From Paragordius varius (Eukaryota > Animalia > Nematomorpha): a DNA stretch of 64,000 nt. Positions 1 to 15,700 of the stretch are shown here, one piece after another (within the stretch, counting starts at the first letter, position 1; each line of letters opens with the position of its first letter). Under the pieces are notes generated by a model. The model was not told the origin of the DNA and did no database searches. It worked only from the letters and a program-made list of their open reading frames with translations. Position numbers and translations under genes: made by a program. Location: positions 5,394,001 through 5,458,000 of the forward strand of contig OZ176054.1 of the NCBI GenBank assembly GCA_964247055.1, read 5' to 3'.

Positions 1-453
1 GTCATGCAGAAGCATTGATTGATTTTTTTGAAGGGTTGAAAGGTGCTTGTAAAACTTTCCGCGAGATCCTTTGATTGAAAGGGAGTTAGGTGCAAATACT
101 TTATCAATTGTAAACAATTTTATATATTCTGTTCTTGTGAACCTAAGGACAAAGTTTAATTAACATCGAAATACTTAACGTAAAAATAAAGGCCGCTAAA
201 GATAATACAGAAGGTGCGCCCATCTCCTGCTAATGATACATGATATACACTTAATTACCAGATCATTGTCGCAAAGCTCCCAAGGGTTCGCACGGAACGC
301 GTACATAATGAATAAATAAAATCTTAAAATTAGGTTTTTTAGTTTTCTTCCGGGAAAGCGAGCATAATTGAGATGTATAGTTCCGTTAAAATAAGTCTAG
401 CAAGAACAATAATTGTATATGTCCCAATTAAAATTTACAATGAAGTCATTAAC
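1..453 (-). CDS. Hypothetical multi-exon protein-coding gene, partial (runs off window start; true 5' exon not found)
   Basis: Removing three GT-AG introns (397-438, 42 nt; 230-258, 29 nt; 143-179, 37 nt) gives about 115 stop-free codons: VNDFI-TYFNGTIHLNYARFPGRKLKNLILRFYLFIMYAFRANPWELCDNDL-QEMGAPSVLSLAAFIFT-FTRTEYIKLFTIDKVFAPNSLSIKGSRGKFYKHLSTLQKNQSMLLHD. Family not recognised. Confidence 0.5.
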
Positions 454-711
454 CTGTACCTATTTTTTGAGAAGTGATCATAATTTTTAATTAATCATTG
501 CAATGTGCTATTCTATGCTATTTAGATACATTTTAGAGATATAGTATAAACCATCATCTTTAATGATTTCAAATATAAAGATGCCCAAAAACTTAACATA
601 CAACCAATAGATTTTTTATAAAAGATTATTAAATTACCTTAAACAGAAATTTCACCAAAAATAACGTTTATTAATAGTTTTTAGTTGATAAGTGGTACCT
701 TTTAAAACAAA

Positions 712-3700
712 TCTATATATTTATAAAAATGGAAAATGCTGGCTTTGTGATCTGGTACAGGAAAACCGGTAGACCCAATCAAATCCAAATATCGAAAAAA
801 TATAATCATTAATAAATGTCCCGACAATAGCTTCGCCCTTTTTTTGAAATATGCCCCCAGTTCGGGCCCACCCCGTATGAAAAACGGGTTTTTTTTGAAA
901 ACAGAAGTCCACAAAATCGTGTTTTTGAGACAATTTTCCGGAGAACGTGTTGGACCATTCAATTTCAAATATGATTTTTGTTTACTTATTTTCGATTGCG
1001 CCGAACATAGTCGAGTCACTTTTTTGATTTAGGCCCTCTTTTTACCCGCTCCCCCCGTAAAATGCCATTTTTTTCAAAAAACAAAGTCCACAAAAATAAT
1101 TTTTTAAATCGATTTTTCGTCCTAGGTATGAGACCTTAAAAATTCAATAAAGATTCCACGTATTCCCTGTTAAAAGGCAAAAATTTTAGTCCACCGTTTA
1201 TTTGATGATAGCTGCTGGGTAAGGAGCTACCCGCTAAAAACTGATTTTTCATATAACTTTGTGATCTGTTTCCGGAAAACCGGTGAACCCATTCAAATCC
1301 AAACATCGAAAAAATATAATCATTAATGAATGCCCCGACAATAGCTTCGCCCTTTTTTGGAATTAGGTCCCCAGTTTGGGCCCACCCCGTGTGAAAAATG
1401 GGTTAAGTCAATTTTTTGGAGAACGTGTTGGACCATTCAATTTCAAATATGATTTTTGTTTACTTATTTTCGATTGCGCCGAACATAGTCGAGTCACTTT
1501 TTTGATTTAGGCCCTCTTTTTACCCGCTACCCCCGTAAAATGCCATTTTTTTCAAAAAACAAAGTCCACAAAAATAATTTTTTAAATCGATTTTTCGTCC
1601 TAGGTATGAGACCTTAAAAATTCAATAAAGATTCCACGTATTCCCTGTTAAAAGGCAAAAATTTTAGTCCACCGTTTATTTGATGATAGCTGCTGGGTAA
1701 GGAGCTACCCGCTAAAAACTGATTTTTCATATAACTTTGTGATCTGTTTCCGGAAAACCGGTGAACCCATTCAAATCCAAACATCGAAAAAATATAATCA
1801 TTAATGAATGCCCCGACAATAGCTTCGCCCTTTTTTGGAATTAGGTCCCCAGTTTGGGCCCACCCCGTGTGAAAAATGGGTTAAGTCAATTTTTTGGAGA
1901 ACGTGTTGGACCATTCAATTTCAAATATGATTTTTGTTTACTTATTTTCGATTGCGCCGAACATAGTCGAGTCACTTTTTTGATTTAGGCCCTCTTTTTA
2001 CCCGCTACCCCCGTAAAATGCCATTTTTTTCAAAAAAAAACAAAGTCCACAAAAATATTTTTTTGATTGTATTTTTTTGTCCACGGTATGAGACTGTAAA
2101 AATTCGAGAAAGATTTTTCGTATTGCCTGTTAAAAGGCAAAAATTTTAGTCAAGCGTTTCTTTGATGATAGCTGCTGAGTAAGGAGTATCTATCATATGT
2201 ATAGCATGTTAAAAGATATATGGATATTAATACATTATTTATCCTCATCTATCTATATATTTATAAAAATGGAAAATGCTGGCTTTGTGATCTGGTACAG
2301 GAAAACCGGTAGACCCAATCAAATCCAAATATCGATAAAATATAATCATTAATAAATGTCCCGACAATAGCTTCGCCCTTTTTTTGAAATAGGCCCCCAG
2401 TTCGGGCCCACCCCGTATGAAAAACGGGTTTTTTTTGAAAACAGAAGTCCACAAAATCGTGTTTTTGAGACAATTTTCCGGAGAACGTGTTGGACCATTC
2501 AATTTCAAATATGATTTTTGTTTACTTATTTTCGATTGCGCCGAACATAGTCGAGCCACTTTTTTGATTTAGGCCCTCTTTTTACCCGCTCCCCCCGTAA
2601 AATGCCATTTTTTTCAAAAAACAAAGTCCACAAAAATAATTTTCTAAATCGATTTTTCGCCCTAGGTACGAGACCGTAAAAATTCAATAAAGATTCCACG
2701 TATTCCCTGTTAAAAGGCAAAAATTTTAGTCCACCGTTTATTTGATGATAGCTGCTGGGTAAGGAGCTACCCGCTAAAAACTGATTTTTCATATAACTTT
2801 GTGAACTGTTTCCGGAAAATCGGTGATCCCAATCAAATCCAAATATCGAAAAAATATAATCATTAATGAATGCCCCGACAATAGCTTCGCCCTTTTTTGG
2901 AATTAGGTCCCCAGTTCGGGCCCACCCCGTGTGAAAAATGGGTTAAGTCAATTTTTTGGAGAACGTGTTGGACCATTCAATTTCAAATATGATTTTTGTT
3001 TACTTATTTTTGATCGCGCTGAACATAGTCGAGTCACTTTTTTGATTTAGGCCCTCTTTTTACCCGCTACCCCCGTAAAATGCCATTTTTTTCAAAAAAA
3101 AACAAAGTCCACAAAAATATTTTTTTGATTGTATTTTTTTGTCCACGGTATGAGACTGTAAAAATTCGAGAAAGATTTTTCGTAATGCCTGTTAAAAGGC
3201 AAAAATTTTAGTCAAGCGTTTCTTTGATGATAGCTGCTGAGTAAGGAGTATCTATCATATGTATAGCATGTTAAAAGATATATGGATATTAATACATTAT
3301 TTATCCTCATCTATATATTTATAAAAATGGAAAATGCTGGCTTTGTGATCTGGTACAGGAAAACCGGTAGACCCAATCAAATCCAAATATCGAAAAAATA
3401 TAATCATTAATAAATGTCCCGACAATAGCTTCGCCCTTTTTTTGAAATATGCCCCCAGTTCGGGCCCACCCCGTATGAAAAACGGGTTTTTTTTGAAAAC
3501 AGAAGTCCACAAAATCGTGTTTTTGAGACAATTTTCCGGAGAACGTGTTGGACCATTCAATTTCAAATATAATTTTTGTTTACTTATTTTCGATTGCGCC
3601 GAACATAGTCGAGCCACTTTTTTGATTTAGGCCCTCTTTTTACCCGCTCCCCCCGTAAAATGCCATTTTTTTCAAAAAACAAAGTCCACAAAAATAATTT

Positions 3701-6700
3701 TCTAAATCGATTTTTCGCCCTAGGTACGAGACCGTAAAAATTCAATAAAGATTCCACGTATTCCCTGTTAAAAGGCAAAAATTTTAGTCCACCGTTTATT
3801 TGATGATAGCTGCTGGGTAAGGAGCTACCCGCTAAAAACTGATTTTTCATATAACTTTGTGAACTGTTTCCGGAAAATCGGTGATCCCAATCAAATCCAA
3901 ATATCGAAAAAATATAATCATTAATGAATGCCCCGACAATAGCTTCGCCCTTTTTTGGAATTAGGTCCCCAGTTCGGGCCCACCCCGTGTGAAAAATGGG
4001 TTAAGTCAATTTTTTGGAGAACGTGTTGGACCATTCAATTTCAAATATGATTTTTGTTTACTTATTTTCGATTGCGCCGAACATAGTCGAGTCACTTTTT
4101 TGATTTAGGCCCTCTTTTTACCCGCTACCCCCGTAAAATGCCATTTTTTTCAAAAAAAAACAAAGTCCACAAAAATATTTTTTTGATTGTATTTTTTGTC
4201 CACGGTATGAGACTGTAAAAATTCGAGAAAGATTTTTCGTATTGCCTGTTAAAAGGCAAAAATTTTAGTCAAGCGTTTCTTTGATGATAGCTGCTGAGTA
4301 AAGAGTATCTATCATATGTATAGCATGTTAAAAGATATATGGATATTAATACATTATTTATCCTCATCTATATATTTATAAAAATGGAAAATGCTGGCTT
4401 TGTGATCTGGTACAGGAAAACCGGTAGACCCAATCAAATCCAAATATCGATAAAATATAATCATTAATAAATGTCCCGACAATAGCTTCGCCCTTTTTTT
4501 GAAATAGGCCCCCAGTTCGGGCCCACCCCGTATGAAAAACGGGTTTTTTTTGAAAACAGAAGTCCACAAAATCGTGTTTTTGAGACAATTTTCCGGAGAA
4601 CGTGTTGGACCATTCAATTTCAAATATGATTTTTGTTTACTTATTTTCGATTGCGCCGAACATAGTCGAGCCACTTTTTTGATTTAGGCCCTCTTTTTAC
4701 CCGCTCCCCCCGTAAAATGCCATTTTTTTCAAAAAACAAAGTCCACAAAAATAATTTTTTAAATCGATTTTTCGCCCTAGGTACGAGACCGTAAAAATTC
4801 AATAAAGATTCCACGTATTCCCTGTTAAAAGGCAAAAATTTTAGTCCACCGTTTATTTGATGATAGCTGCTGGGTAAGGAGCTACCCGCTAAAAACTGAT
4901 TTTTCATATAACTTTGTGAACTGTTTCCGGAAAATCGGTGATCCCAATCAAATCCAAATATCGAAAAAATATAATCATTAATGAATGCCCCGACAATAGC
5001 TTCGCCCTTTTTTGGAATTAGGTCCCCAGTTTGGGCCCACCCCGTGTGAAAAATGGGTTAAGTCAATTTTTTGGAGAACGTGTTGGACCATTCAATTTCA
5101 AATATGAATTTTGTTTACTTATTTTTGATCGCGCTGAACATAGTCGAGTCACATTTTTGATTTAGGCCCTCTTTTTACCCGCTACCCCCGTAAAATGCCA
5201 TTTTTTTCAAAAAAAAACAAAGTCCACAAAAATATTTTTTTGATTGTATTTTTTTGTCCACGGTATGAGACTGTAAAAATTCGAGAAAGATTTTTCGTAA
5301 TGCCTGTTAAAAGGCAAAAATTTTAGTCAAGCGTTTCTTTGATGATAGCTGCTGAGTAAGGAGTATCTATCATATGTATAGCATGTTAAAAGATATATGG
5401 ATATTAATACATTATTTATCCTCATCTATATATTTATAAAAATGGAAAATGCTGGCTTTGTGATCTGGTACAGGAAAACCGGTAGACCCAATCAAATCCA
5501 AATATCGAAAAAATATAATCATTAATAAATGTCCCGACAATAGCTTCGCCCTTTTTTTGAAATATGCCCCCAGTTCGGGCCCACCCCGTATGAAAAACGG
5601 GTTTTTTTTGAAAACAGAAGTCCACAAAATCGTGTTTTTGAGACAATTTTCCGGAGAACGTGTTGGACCATTCAATTTCAAATATGATTTTTGTTTACTT
5701 ATTTTGGATTGCGCCGAACATAGTCGAGTCACTTTTTTGATTTAGGCCCTCTTTTTACCCGCTCCCCCCGTAAAATGCCATTTTTTTCAAAAAACAAAGT
5801 CCACAAAAATAATTTTTTAAATCGATTTTTCGTCCTAGGTATGAGACCGTAAAAATTCAATAAAGATTCCACGTAAAAGGCAAAAATTTTAGTCCACCGT
5901 TTATTTGATGATAGCTGCTGGGTAAGGAGCTACCCGCTAAAAACTGATTTTTCATATAACTTTGTGATCTGTTTCCGGAAAACCGGTGAACCCATTCAAA
6001 TCCAAACATCGAAAAAATATAATCATTAATGAATGCCCCGACAATAGCTTCGCCCTTTTTTGGAATTAGGTCCCCAGTTTGGGCCCACCCCGTGTGAAAA
6101 ATGGGTTAAGTCAATTTTTTGGAGAACGTGTTGGACCATTCAATTTCAAATATGATTTTTGTTTACTTATTTTCGATTGCGCCGAACATAGTCGAGTCAC
6201 TTTTTTGATTTAGGCCCTCTTTTTACCCGCTACCCCCGTAAAATGCCATTTTTTTTCAAAAAAAAACAAAGTCCACAAAAATATTTTTTTGATTGTATTT
6301 TTTTGTCCACGGTATGAGACTGTAAAAATTCGAGAAAGATTTTTCGTATTGCCTGTTAAAAGGCAAAAATTTTAGTCAAGCGTTTCTTTGATGATAGCTG
6401 CTGAGTAAGGAGTATCTATCATATGTATAGCATGTTAAAAGATATATGGATATTAATACATTATTTATCCTCATCTATATATTTATAAAAATGGAAAATG
6501 CTGGCTTTGTGATCTGGTACAGGAAAACCGGTAGACCCAATCAAATCCAAATATCGAAAAAATATAATCATTAATAAATGTCCCGACAATAGCTTCGCCC
6601 TTTTTTTGAAATATGCCCCCAGTTCGGGCCCACCCCGTATGAAAAACGGGTTTTTTTTGAAAACAGAAGTCCACAAAATCGTGTTTTTGAGACAATTTTC

Positions 6701-9700
6701 CGGAGAACGTGTTGGACCATTCAATTTCAAATATGATTTTTGTTTACTTATTTTGGATTGCGCCGAACATAGTCGAGTCACTTTTTTGATTTAGGCCCTC
6801 TTTTTACCCGCTCCCCCCGTAAAATGCCATTTTTTTCAAAAAACAAAGTCCACAAAAATAATTTTTTAAATCGATTTTTCGTCCTAGGTATGAGACCTTA
6901 AAAATTCAATAAAGATTCCACGTAAAAGGCAAAAATTTTAGTCCACCGTTTATTTGATGATAGCTGCTGGGTAAGGAGCTACCCGCTAAAAACTGATTTT
7001 TCATATAACTTTGTGATCTGTTTCCGGAAAACCGGTGAACCCATTCAAATCCAAACATCGAAAAAATATAATCATTAATGAATGCCCCGACAATAGCTTC
7101 GCCCTTTTTTGGAATTAGGTCCCCAGTTTGGGCCCACCCCGTGTGAAAAATGGGTTAAGTCAATTTTTTGGAGAACGTGTTGGACCATTCAATTTCAAAT
7201 ATGATTTTTGTTTACTTATTTTCGATTGCGCCGAACATAGTCGAGTCACTTTTTTGATTTAGGCCCTCTTTTTACCCGCTACCCCCGTAAAATGCCATTT
7301 TTTTTCAAAAAAAAACAAAGTCCACAAAAATATTTTTTTGATTGTATTTTTTTGTCCACGGTATGAGACTGTAAAAATTCGAGAAAGATTTTTCGTATTG
7401 CCTGTTAAAAGGCAAAAATTTTAGTCAAGCGTTTCTTTGATGATAGCTGCTGAGTAAGGAGTATCTATCATATGTATAGCATGTTAAAAGATATATGGAT
7501 ATTAATACATTATTTATCCTCATCTATATATTTATAAAAATGGAAAATGCTGGCTTTGTGATCTGGTACAGGAAAACCGGTAGACCCAATCAAATCCAAA
7601 TATCGAAAAAATATAATCATTAATAAATGTCCCGACAATAGCTTCGCCCTTTTTTTGAAATATGCCCCCAGTTCGGGCCCACCCCGTATGAAAAACGGGT
7701 TTTTTTTGAAAACAGAAGTCCACAAAATCGTGTTTTTGAGACAATTTTCCGGAGAACGTGTTGGACCATTCAATTTCAAATATGATTTTTGTTTACTTAT
7801 TTTGGATTGCGCCGAACATAGTCGAGTCACTTTTTTGATTTAGGCCCTCTTTTTACCCGCTCCCCCCGTAAAATGCCATTTTTTTCAAAAAACAAAGTCC
7901 ACAAAAATAATTTTTTAAATCGATTTTTCGTCCTAGGTATGAGACCTTAAAAATTCAATAAAGATTCCACGTAAAAGGCAAAAATTTTAGTCCACCGTTT
8001 ATTTGATGATAGCTGCTGGGTAAGGAGCTACCCGCTAAAAACTGATTTTTCATATAACTTTGTGATCTGTTTCCGGAAAACCGGTGAACCCATTCAAATC
8101 CAAACATCGAAAAAATATAATCATTAATGAATGCCCCGACAATAGCTTCGCCCTTTTTTGGAATTAGGTCCCCAGTTTGGGCCCACCCCGTGTGAAAAAT
8201 GGGTTAAGTCAATTTTTTGGAGAACGTGTTGGACCATTCAATTTCAAATATGATTTTTGTTTACTTATTTTCGATTGCGCCGAACATAGTCGAGTCACTT
8301 TTTTGATTTAGGCCCTCTTTTTACCCGCTACCCCCGTAAAATGCCATTTTTTTTCAAAAAAAAACAAAGTCCACAAAAATATTTTTTTGATTGTATTTTT
8401 TTGTCCACGGTATGAGACTGTAAAAATTCGAGAAAGATTTTTCGTATTGCCTGTTAAAAGGCAAAAATTTTAGTCAAGCGTTTCTTTGATGATAGCTGCT
8501 GAGTAAGGAGTATCTATCATATGTATAGCATGTTAAAAGATATATGGATATTAATACATTATTTATCCTCATCTATATATTTATAAAAATGGAAAATGCT
8601 GGCTTTGTGATCTGGTACAGGAAAACCGGTAGACCCAATCAAATCCAAATATCGAAAAAATATAATCATTAATAAATGTCCCGACAATAGCTTCGCCCTT
8701 TTTTTGAAATATGCCCCCAGTTCGGGCCCACCCCGTATGAAAAACGGGTTTTTTTTGAAAACAGAAGTCCACAAAATCGTGTTTTTGAGACAATTTTCCG
8801 GAGAACGTGTTGGACCATTCAATTTCAAATATGATTTTTGTTTACTTATTTTGGATTGCGCCGAACATAGTCGAGTCACTTTTTTGATTTAGGCCCTCTT
8901 TTTACCCGCTCCCCCCGTAAAATGCCATTTTTTTCAAAAAACAAAGTCCACAAAAATAATTTTTTAAATCGATTTTTCGTCCTAGGTATGAGACCTTAAA
9001 AATTCAATAAAGATTCCACGTAAAAGGCAAAAATTTTAGTCCACCGTTTATTTGATGATAGCTGCTGGGTAAGGAGCTACCCGCTAAAAACTGATTTTTC
9101 ATATAACTTTGTGATCTGTTTCCGGAAAACCGGTGAACCCATTCAAATCCAAACATCGAAAAAATATAATCATTAATGAATGCCCCGACAATAGCTTCGC
9201 CCTTTTTTGGAATTAGGTCCCCAGTTTGGGCCCACCCCGTGTGAAAAATGGGTTAAGTCAATTTTTTGGAGAACGTGTTGGACCATTCAATTTCAAATAT
9301 GATTTTTGTTTACTTATTTTCGATTGCGCCGAACATAGTCGAGTCACTTTTTTGATTTAGGCCCTCTTTTTACCCGCTACCCCCGTAAAATGCCATTTTT
9401 TTTCAAAAAAAAACAAAGTCCACAAAAATATTTTTTTGATTGTATTTTTTTGTCCACGGTATGAGACTGTAAAAATTCGAGAAAGATTTTTCGTATTGCC
9501 TGTTAAAAGGCAAAAATTTTAGTCAAGCGTTTCTTTGATGATAGCTGCTGAGTAAGGAGTATCTATCATATGTATAGCATGTTAAAAGATATATGGATAT
9601 TAATACATTATTTATCCTCATCTATATATTTATAAAAATGGAAAATGCTGGCTTTGTGATCTGGTACAGGAAAACCGGTAGACCCAATCAAATCCAAATA

Positions 9701-12700
9701 TCGAAAAAATATAATCATTAATAAATGTCCCGACAATAGCTTCGCCCTTTTTTTGAAATATGCCCCCAGTTCGGGCCCACCCCGTATGAAAAACGGGTTT
9801 TTTTTGAAAACAGAAGTCCACATCGTGTTTTTGAGACAATTTTCCGGAGAACGTGTTGGACCATTCAATTTCAAATATGATTTTTGTTTACTTATTTTCG
9901 ATTGCGCCGAACATAGTCGAGTCACTTTTTTGATTTAGGCCCTCTTTTTACCCGCTCCCCCCGTAAAATGCCATTTTTTTCAAAAAACAAAGTCCACAAA
10001 AATAATTTTTTAAATCGATTTTTCGTCCTAGGTATGAGACCTTAAAAATTCAATAAAGATTCCACGTATTCCCTGTTAAAAGGCAAAAATTTTAGTCCAC
10101 CGTTTATTTGATGATAGCTGCTGGGTAAGGAGCTACCCGCTAAAAACTGATTTTTCATATAACTTTGTGATCTGTTTCCGGAAAACCGGTGAACCCATTC
10201 AAATCCAAACATCGAAAAAATATAATCATTAATGAATGCCCCGACAATAGCTTCGCCCTTTTTTGGAATTAGGTCCCCAGTTTGGGCCCACCCCGTGTGA
10301 AAAATGGGTTAAGTCAATTTTTTGGAGAACGTGTTGGACCATTCAATTTCAAATATGATTTTTGTTTACTTATTTTCGATTGCGCCGAACATAGTCGAGT
10401 CACTTTTTTGATTTAGGCCCTCTTTTTACCCGCTACCCCCGTAAAATGCCATTTTTTTCAAAAAAAAACAAAGTCCACAAAAATATTTTTTTGATTGTAT
10501 TTTTTTGTCCACGGTATGAGACTGTAAAAATTCGAGAAAGATTTTTCGTATTGCCTGTTAAAAGGCAAAAATTTTAGTCAAGCGTTTCTTTGATGATAGC
10601 TGCTGAGTAAGGAGTATCTATCATATGTATAGCATGTTAAAAGTTATATGGATATTAATACATTATTTATCCTCATCTATATATTTATAAAAATGGAAAA
10701 TGCTGGCTTTGTGATCTGGTACAGGAAAACCGGTAGACCCAATCAAATCCAAATATCGAAAAAATATAATCATTAATAAATGTCCCGACAATAGCTTCGC
10801 CCTTTTTTTGAAATATGCCCCCAGTTCGGGCCCACCCCGTATGAAAAACGGGTTTTTTTTGAAAACAGAAGTCCACATCGTGTTTTTGAGACAATTTTCC
10901 GGAGAACGTGTTGGACCATTCAATTTCAAATATGATTTTTGTTTACTTATTTTCGATTGCGCCGAACATAGTCGAGTCACTTTTTTGATTTAGGCCCTCT
11001 TTTTACCCGCTCCCCCCGTAAAATGCCATTTTTTTCAAAAAACAAAGTCCACAAAAATAATTTTTTAAATCGATTTTTCGTCCTAGGTATGAGACCTTAA
11101 AAATTCAATAAAGATTCCACGTATTCCCTGTTAAAAGGCAAAAATTTTAGTCCACCGTTTATTTGATGATAGCTGCTGGGTAAGGAGCTACCCGCTAAAA
11201 ACTGATTTTTCATATAACTTTGTGATCTGTTTCCGGAAAACCGGTGAACCCATTCAAATCCAAACATCGAAAAAATATAATCATTAATGAATGCCCCGAC
11301 AATAGCTTCGCCCTTTTTTGGAATTAGGTCCCCAGTTTGGGCCCACCCCGTGTGAAAAATGGGTTAAGTCAATTTTTTGGAGAACGTGTTGGACCATTCA
11401 ATTTCAAATATGATTTTTGTTTACTTATTTTCGATTGCGCCGAACATAGTCGAGTCACTTTTTTGATTTAGGCCCTCTTTTTACCCGCTACCCCCGTAAA
11501 ATGCCATTTTTTTTCAAAAAAAAACAAAGTCCACAAAAATATTTTTTTGATTGTATTTTTTTGTCCACGGTATGAGACTGTAAAAATTCGAGAAAGATTT
11601 TTCGTATTGCCTGTTAAAAGGCAAAAATTTTAGTCAAGCGTTTCTTTGATGATAGCTGCTGAGTAAGGAGTATCTATCATATGTATAGCATGTTAAAAGA
11701 TATATGGATATTAATACATTATTTATCCTCATCTATATATTTATAAAAATGGAAAATGCTGGCTTTGTGATCTGGTACAGGAAAACCGGTAGACCCAATC
11801 AAATCCAAATATCGAAAAAATATAATCATTAATAAATGTCCCGACAATAGCTTCGCCCTTTTTTTGAAATATGCCCCCAGTTCGGGCCCACCCCGTATGA
11901 AAAACGGGTTTTTTTTGAAAACAGAAGTCCACAAAATCGTGTTTTTGAGACAATTTTCCGGAGAACGTGTTGGACCATTCAATTTCAAATATGATTTTTG
12001 TTTACTTATTTTGGATTGCGCCGAACATAGTCGAGTCACTTTTTTGATTTAGGCCCTCTTTTTACCCGCTCCCCCCGTAAAATGCCATTTTTTTCAAAAA
12101 ACAAAGTCCACAAAAATAATTTTTTAAATCGATTTTTCGTCCTAGGTATGAGACCTTAAAAATTCAATAAAGATTCCACGTAAAAGGCAAAAATTTTAGT
12201 CCACCGTTTATTTGATGATAGCTGCTGGGTAAGGAGCTACCCGCTAAAAACTGATTTTTCATATAACTTTGTGATCTGTTTCCGGAAAACCGGTGAACCC
12301 ATTCAAATCCAAACATCGAAAAAATATAATCATTAATGAATGCCCCGACAATAGCTTCGCCCTTTTTTGGAATTAGGTCCCCAGTTTGGGCCCACCCCGT
12401 GTGAAAAATGGGTTAAGTCAATTTTTTGGAGAACGTGTTGGACCATTCAATTTCAAATATGATTTTTGTTTACTTATTTTCGATTGCGCCGAACATAGTC
12501 GAGTCACTTTTTTGATTTAGGCCCTCTTTTTACCCGCTACCCCCGTAAAATGCCATTTTTTTTCAAAAAAAAACAAAGTCCACAAAAATATTTTTTTGAT
12601 TGTATTTTTTTGTCCACGGTATGAGACTGTAAAAATTCGAGAAAGATTTTTCGTATTGCCTGTTAAAAGGCAAAAATTTTAGTCAAGCGTTTCTTTGATG

Positions 12701-15700
12701 ATAGCTGCTGAGTAAGGAGTATCTATCATATGTATAGCATGTTAAAAGATATATGGATATTAATACATTATTTATCCTCATCTATATATTTATAAAAATG
12801 GAAAATGCTGGCTTTGTGATCTGGTACAGGAAAACCGGTAGACCCAATCAAATCCAAATATCGAAAAAATATAATCATTAATAAATGTCCCGACAATAGC
12901 TTCGCCCTTTTTTTGAAATATGCCCCCAGTTCGGGCCCACCCCGTATGAAAAACGGGTTTTTTTTGAAAACAGAAGTCCACAAAATCGTGTTTTTGAGAC
13001 AATTTTCCGGAGAACGTGTTGGACCATTCAATTTCAAATATGATTTTTGTTTACTTATTTTGGATTGCGCCGAACATAGTCGAGTCACTTTTTTGATTTA
13101 GGCCCTCTTTTTACCCGCTCCCCCCGTAAAATGCCATTTTTTTCAAAAAACAAAGTCCACAAAAATAATTTTTTAAATCGATTTTTCGTCCTAGGTATGA
13201 GACCTTAAAAATTCAATAAAGATTCCACGTAAAAGGCAAAAATTTTAGTCCACCGTTTATTTGATGATAGCTGCTGGGTAAGGAGCTACCCGCTAAAAAC
13301 TGATTTTTCATATAACTTTGTGATCTGTTTCCGGAAAACCGGTGAACCCATTCAAATCCAAACATCGAAAAAATATAATCATTAATGAATGCCCCGACAA
13401 TAGCTTCGCCCTTTTTTGGAATTAGGTCCCCAGTTTGGGCCCACCCCGTGTGAAAAATGGGTTAAGTCAATTTTTTGGAGAACGTGTTGGACCATTCAAT
13501 TTCAAATATGATTTTTGTTTACTTATTTTCGATTGCGCCGAACATAGTCGAGTCACTTTTTTGATTTAGGCCCTCTTTTTACCCGCTACCCCCGTAAAAT
13601 GCCATTTTTTTTCAAAAAAAAACAAAGTCCACAAAAATATTTTTTTGATTGTATTTTTTTGTCCACGGTATGAGACTGTAAAAATTCGAGAAAGATTTTT
13701 CGTATTGCCTGTTAAAAGGCAAAAATTTTAGTCAAGCGTTTCTTTGATGATAGCTGCTGAGTAAGGAGTATCTATCATATGTATAGCATGTTAAAAGATA
13801 TATGGATATTAATACATTATTTATCCTCATCTATATATTTATAAAAATGGAAAATGCTGGCTTTGTGATCTGGTACAGGAAAACCGGTAGACCCAATCAA
13901 ATCCAAATATCGAAAAAATATAATCATTAATAAATGTCCCGACAATAGCTTCGCCCTTTTTTTGAAATATGCCCCCAGTTCGGGCCCACCCCGTATGAAA
14001 AACGGGTTTTTTTTGAAAACAGAAGTCCACATCGTGTTTTTGAGACAATTTTCCGGAGAACGTGTTGGACCATTCAATTTCAAATATGATTTTTGTTTAC
14101 TTATTTTCGATTGCGCCGAACATAGTCGAGTCACTTTTTTGATTTAGGCCCTCTTTTTACCCGCTCCCCCCGTAAAATGCCATTTTTTTCAAAAAACAAA
14201 GTCCACAAAAATAATTTTTTAAATCGATTTTTCGTCCTAGGTATGAGACCTTAAAAATTCAATAAAGATTCCACGTATTCCCTGTTAAAAGGCAAAAATT
14301 TTAGTCCACCGTTTATTTGATGATAGCTGCTGGGTAAGGAGCTACCCGCTAAAAACTGATTTTTCATATAACTTTGTGATCTGTTTCCGGAAAACCGGTG
14401 AACCCATTCAAATCCAAACATCGAAAAAATATAATCATTAATGAATGCCCCGACAATAGCTTCGCCCTTTTTTGGAATTAGGTCCCCAGTTTGGGCCCAC
14501 CCCGTGTGAAAAATGGGTTAAGTCAATTTTTTGGAGAACGTGTTGGACCATTCAATTTCAAATATGATTTTTGTTTACTTATTTTCGATTGCGCCGAACA
14601 TAGTCGAGTCACTTTTTTGATTTAGGCCCTCTTTTTACCCGCTACCCCCGTAAAATGCCATTTTTTTCAAAAAAAAACAAAGTCCACAAAAATATTTTTT
14701 TGATTGTATTTTTTTGTCCACGGTATGAGACTGTAAAAATTCGAGAAAGATTTTTCGTATTGCCTGTTAAAAGGCAAAAATTTTAGTCAAGCGTTTCTTT
14801 GATGATAGCTGCTGAGTAAGGAGTATCTATCATATGTATAGCATGTTAAAAGTTATATGGATATTAATACATTATTTATCCTCATCTATATATTTATAAA
14901 AATGGAAAATGCTGGCTTTGTGATCTGGTACAGGAAAACCGGTAGACCCAATCAAATCCAAATATCGAAAAAATATAATCATTAATAAATGTCCCGACAA
15001 TAGCTTCGCCCTTTTTTTGAAATATGCCCCCAGTTCGGGCCCACCCCGTATGAAAAACGGGTTTTTTTTGAAAACAGAAGTCCACATCGTGTTTTTGAGA
15101 CAATTTTCCGGAGAACGTGTTGGACCATTCAATTTCAAATATGATTTTTGTTTACTTATTTTCGATTGCGCCGAACATAGTCGAGTCACTTTTTTGATTT
15201 AGGCCCTCTTTTTACCCGCTCCCCCCGTAAAATGCCATTTTTTTCAAAAAACAAAGTCCACAAAAATAATTTTTTAAATCGATTTTTCGTCCTAGGTATG
15301 AGACCTTAAAAATTCAATAAAGATTCCACGTATTCCCTGTTAAAAGGCAAAAATTTTAGTCCACCGTTTATTTGATGATAGCTGCTGGGTAAGGAGCTAC
15401 CCGCTAAAAACTGATTTTTCATATAACTTTGTGATCTGTTTCCGGAAAACCGGTGAACCCATTCAAATCCAAACATCGAAAAAATATAATCATTAATGAA
15501 TGCCCCGACAATAGCTTCGCCCTTTTTTGGAATTAGGTCCCCAGTTTGGGCCCACCCCGTGTGAAAAATGGGTTAAGTCAATTTTTTGGAGACGTGTTGG
15601 ACCATTCAATTTCAAATATGATTTTTGTTTACTTATTTTCGATTGCGCCGAACATAGTCGAGTCACTTTTTTGATTTAGGCCCTCTTTTTACCCGCTACC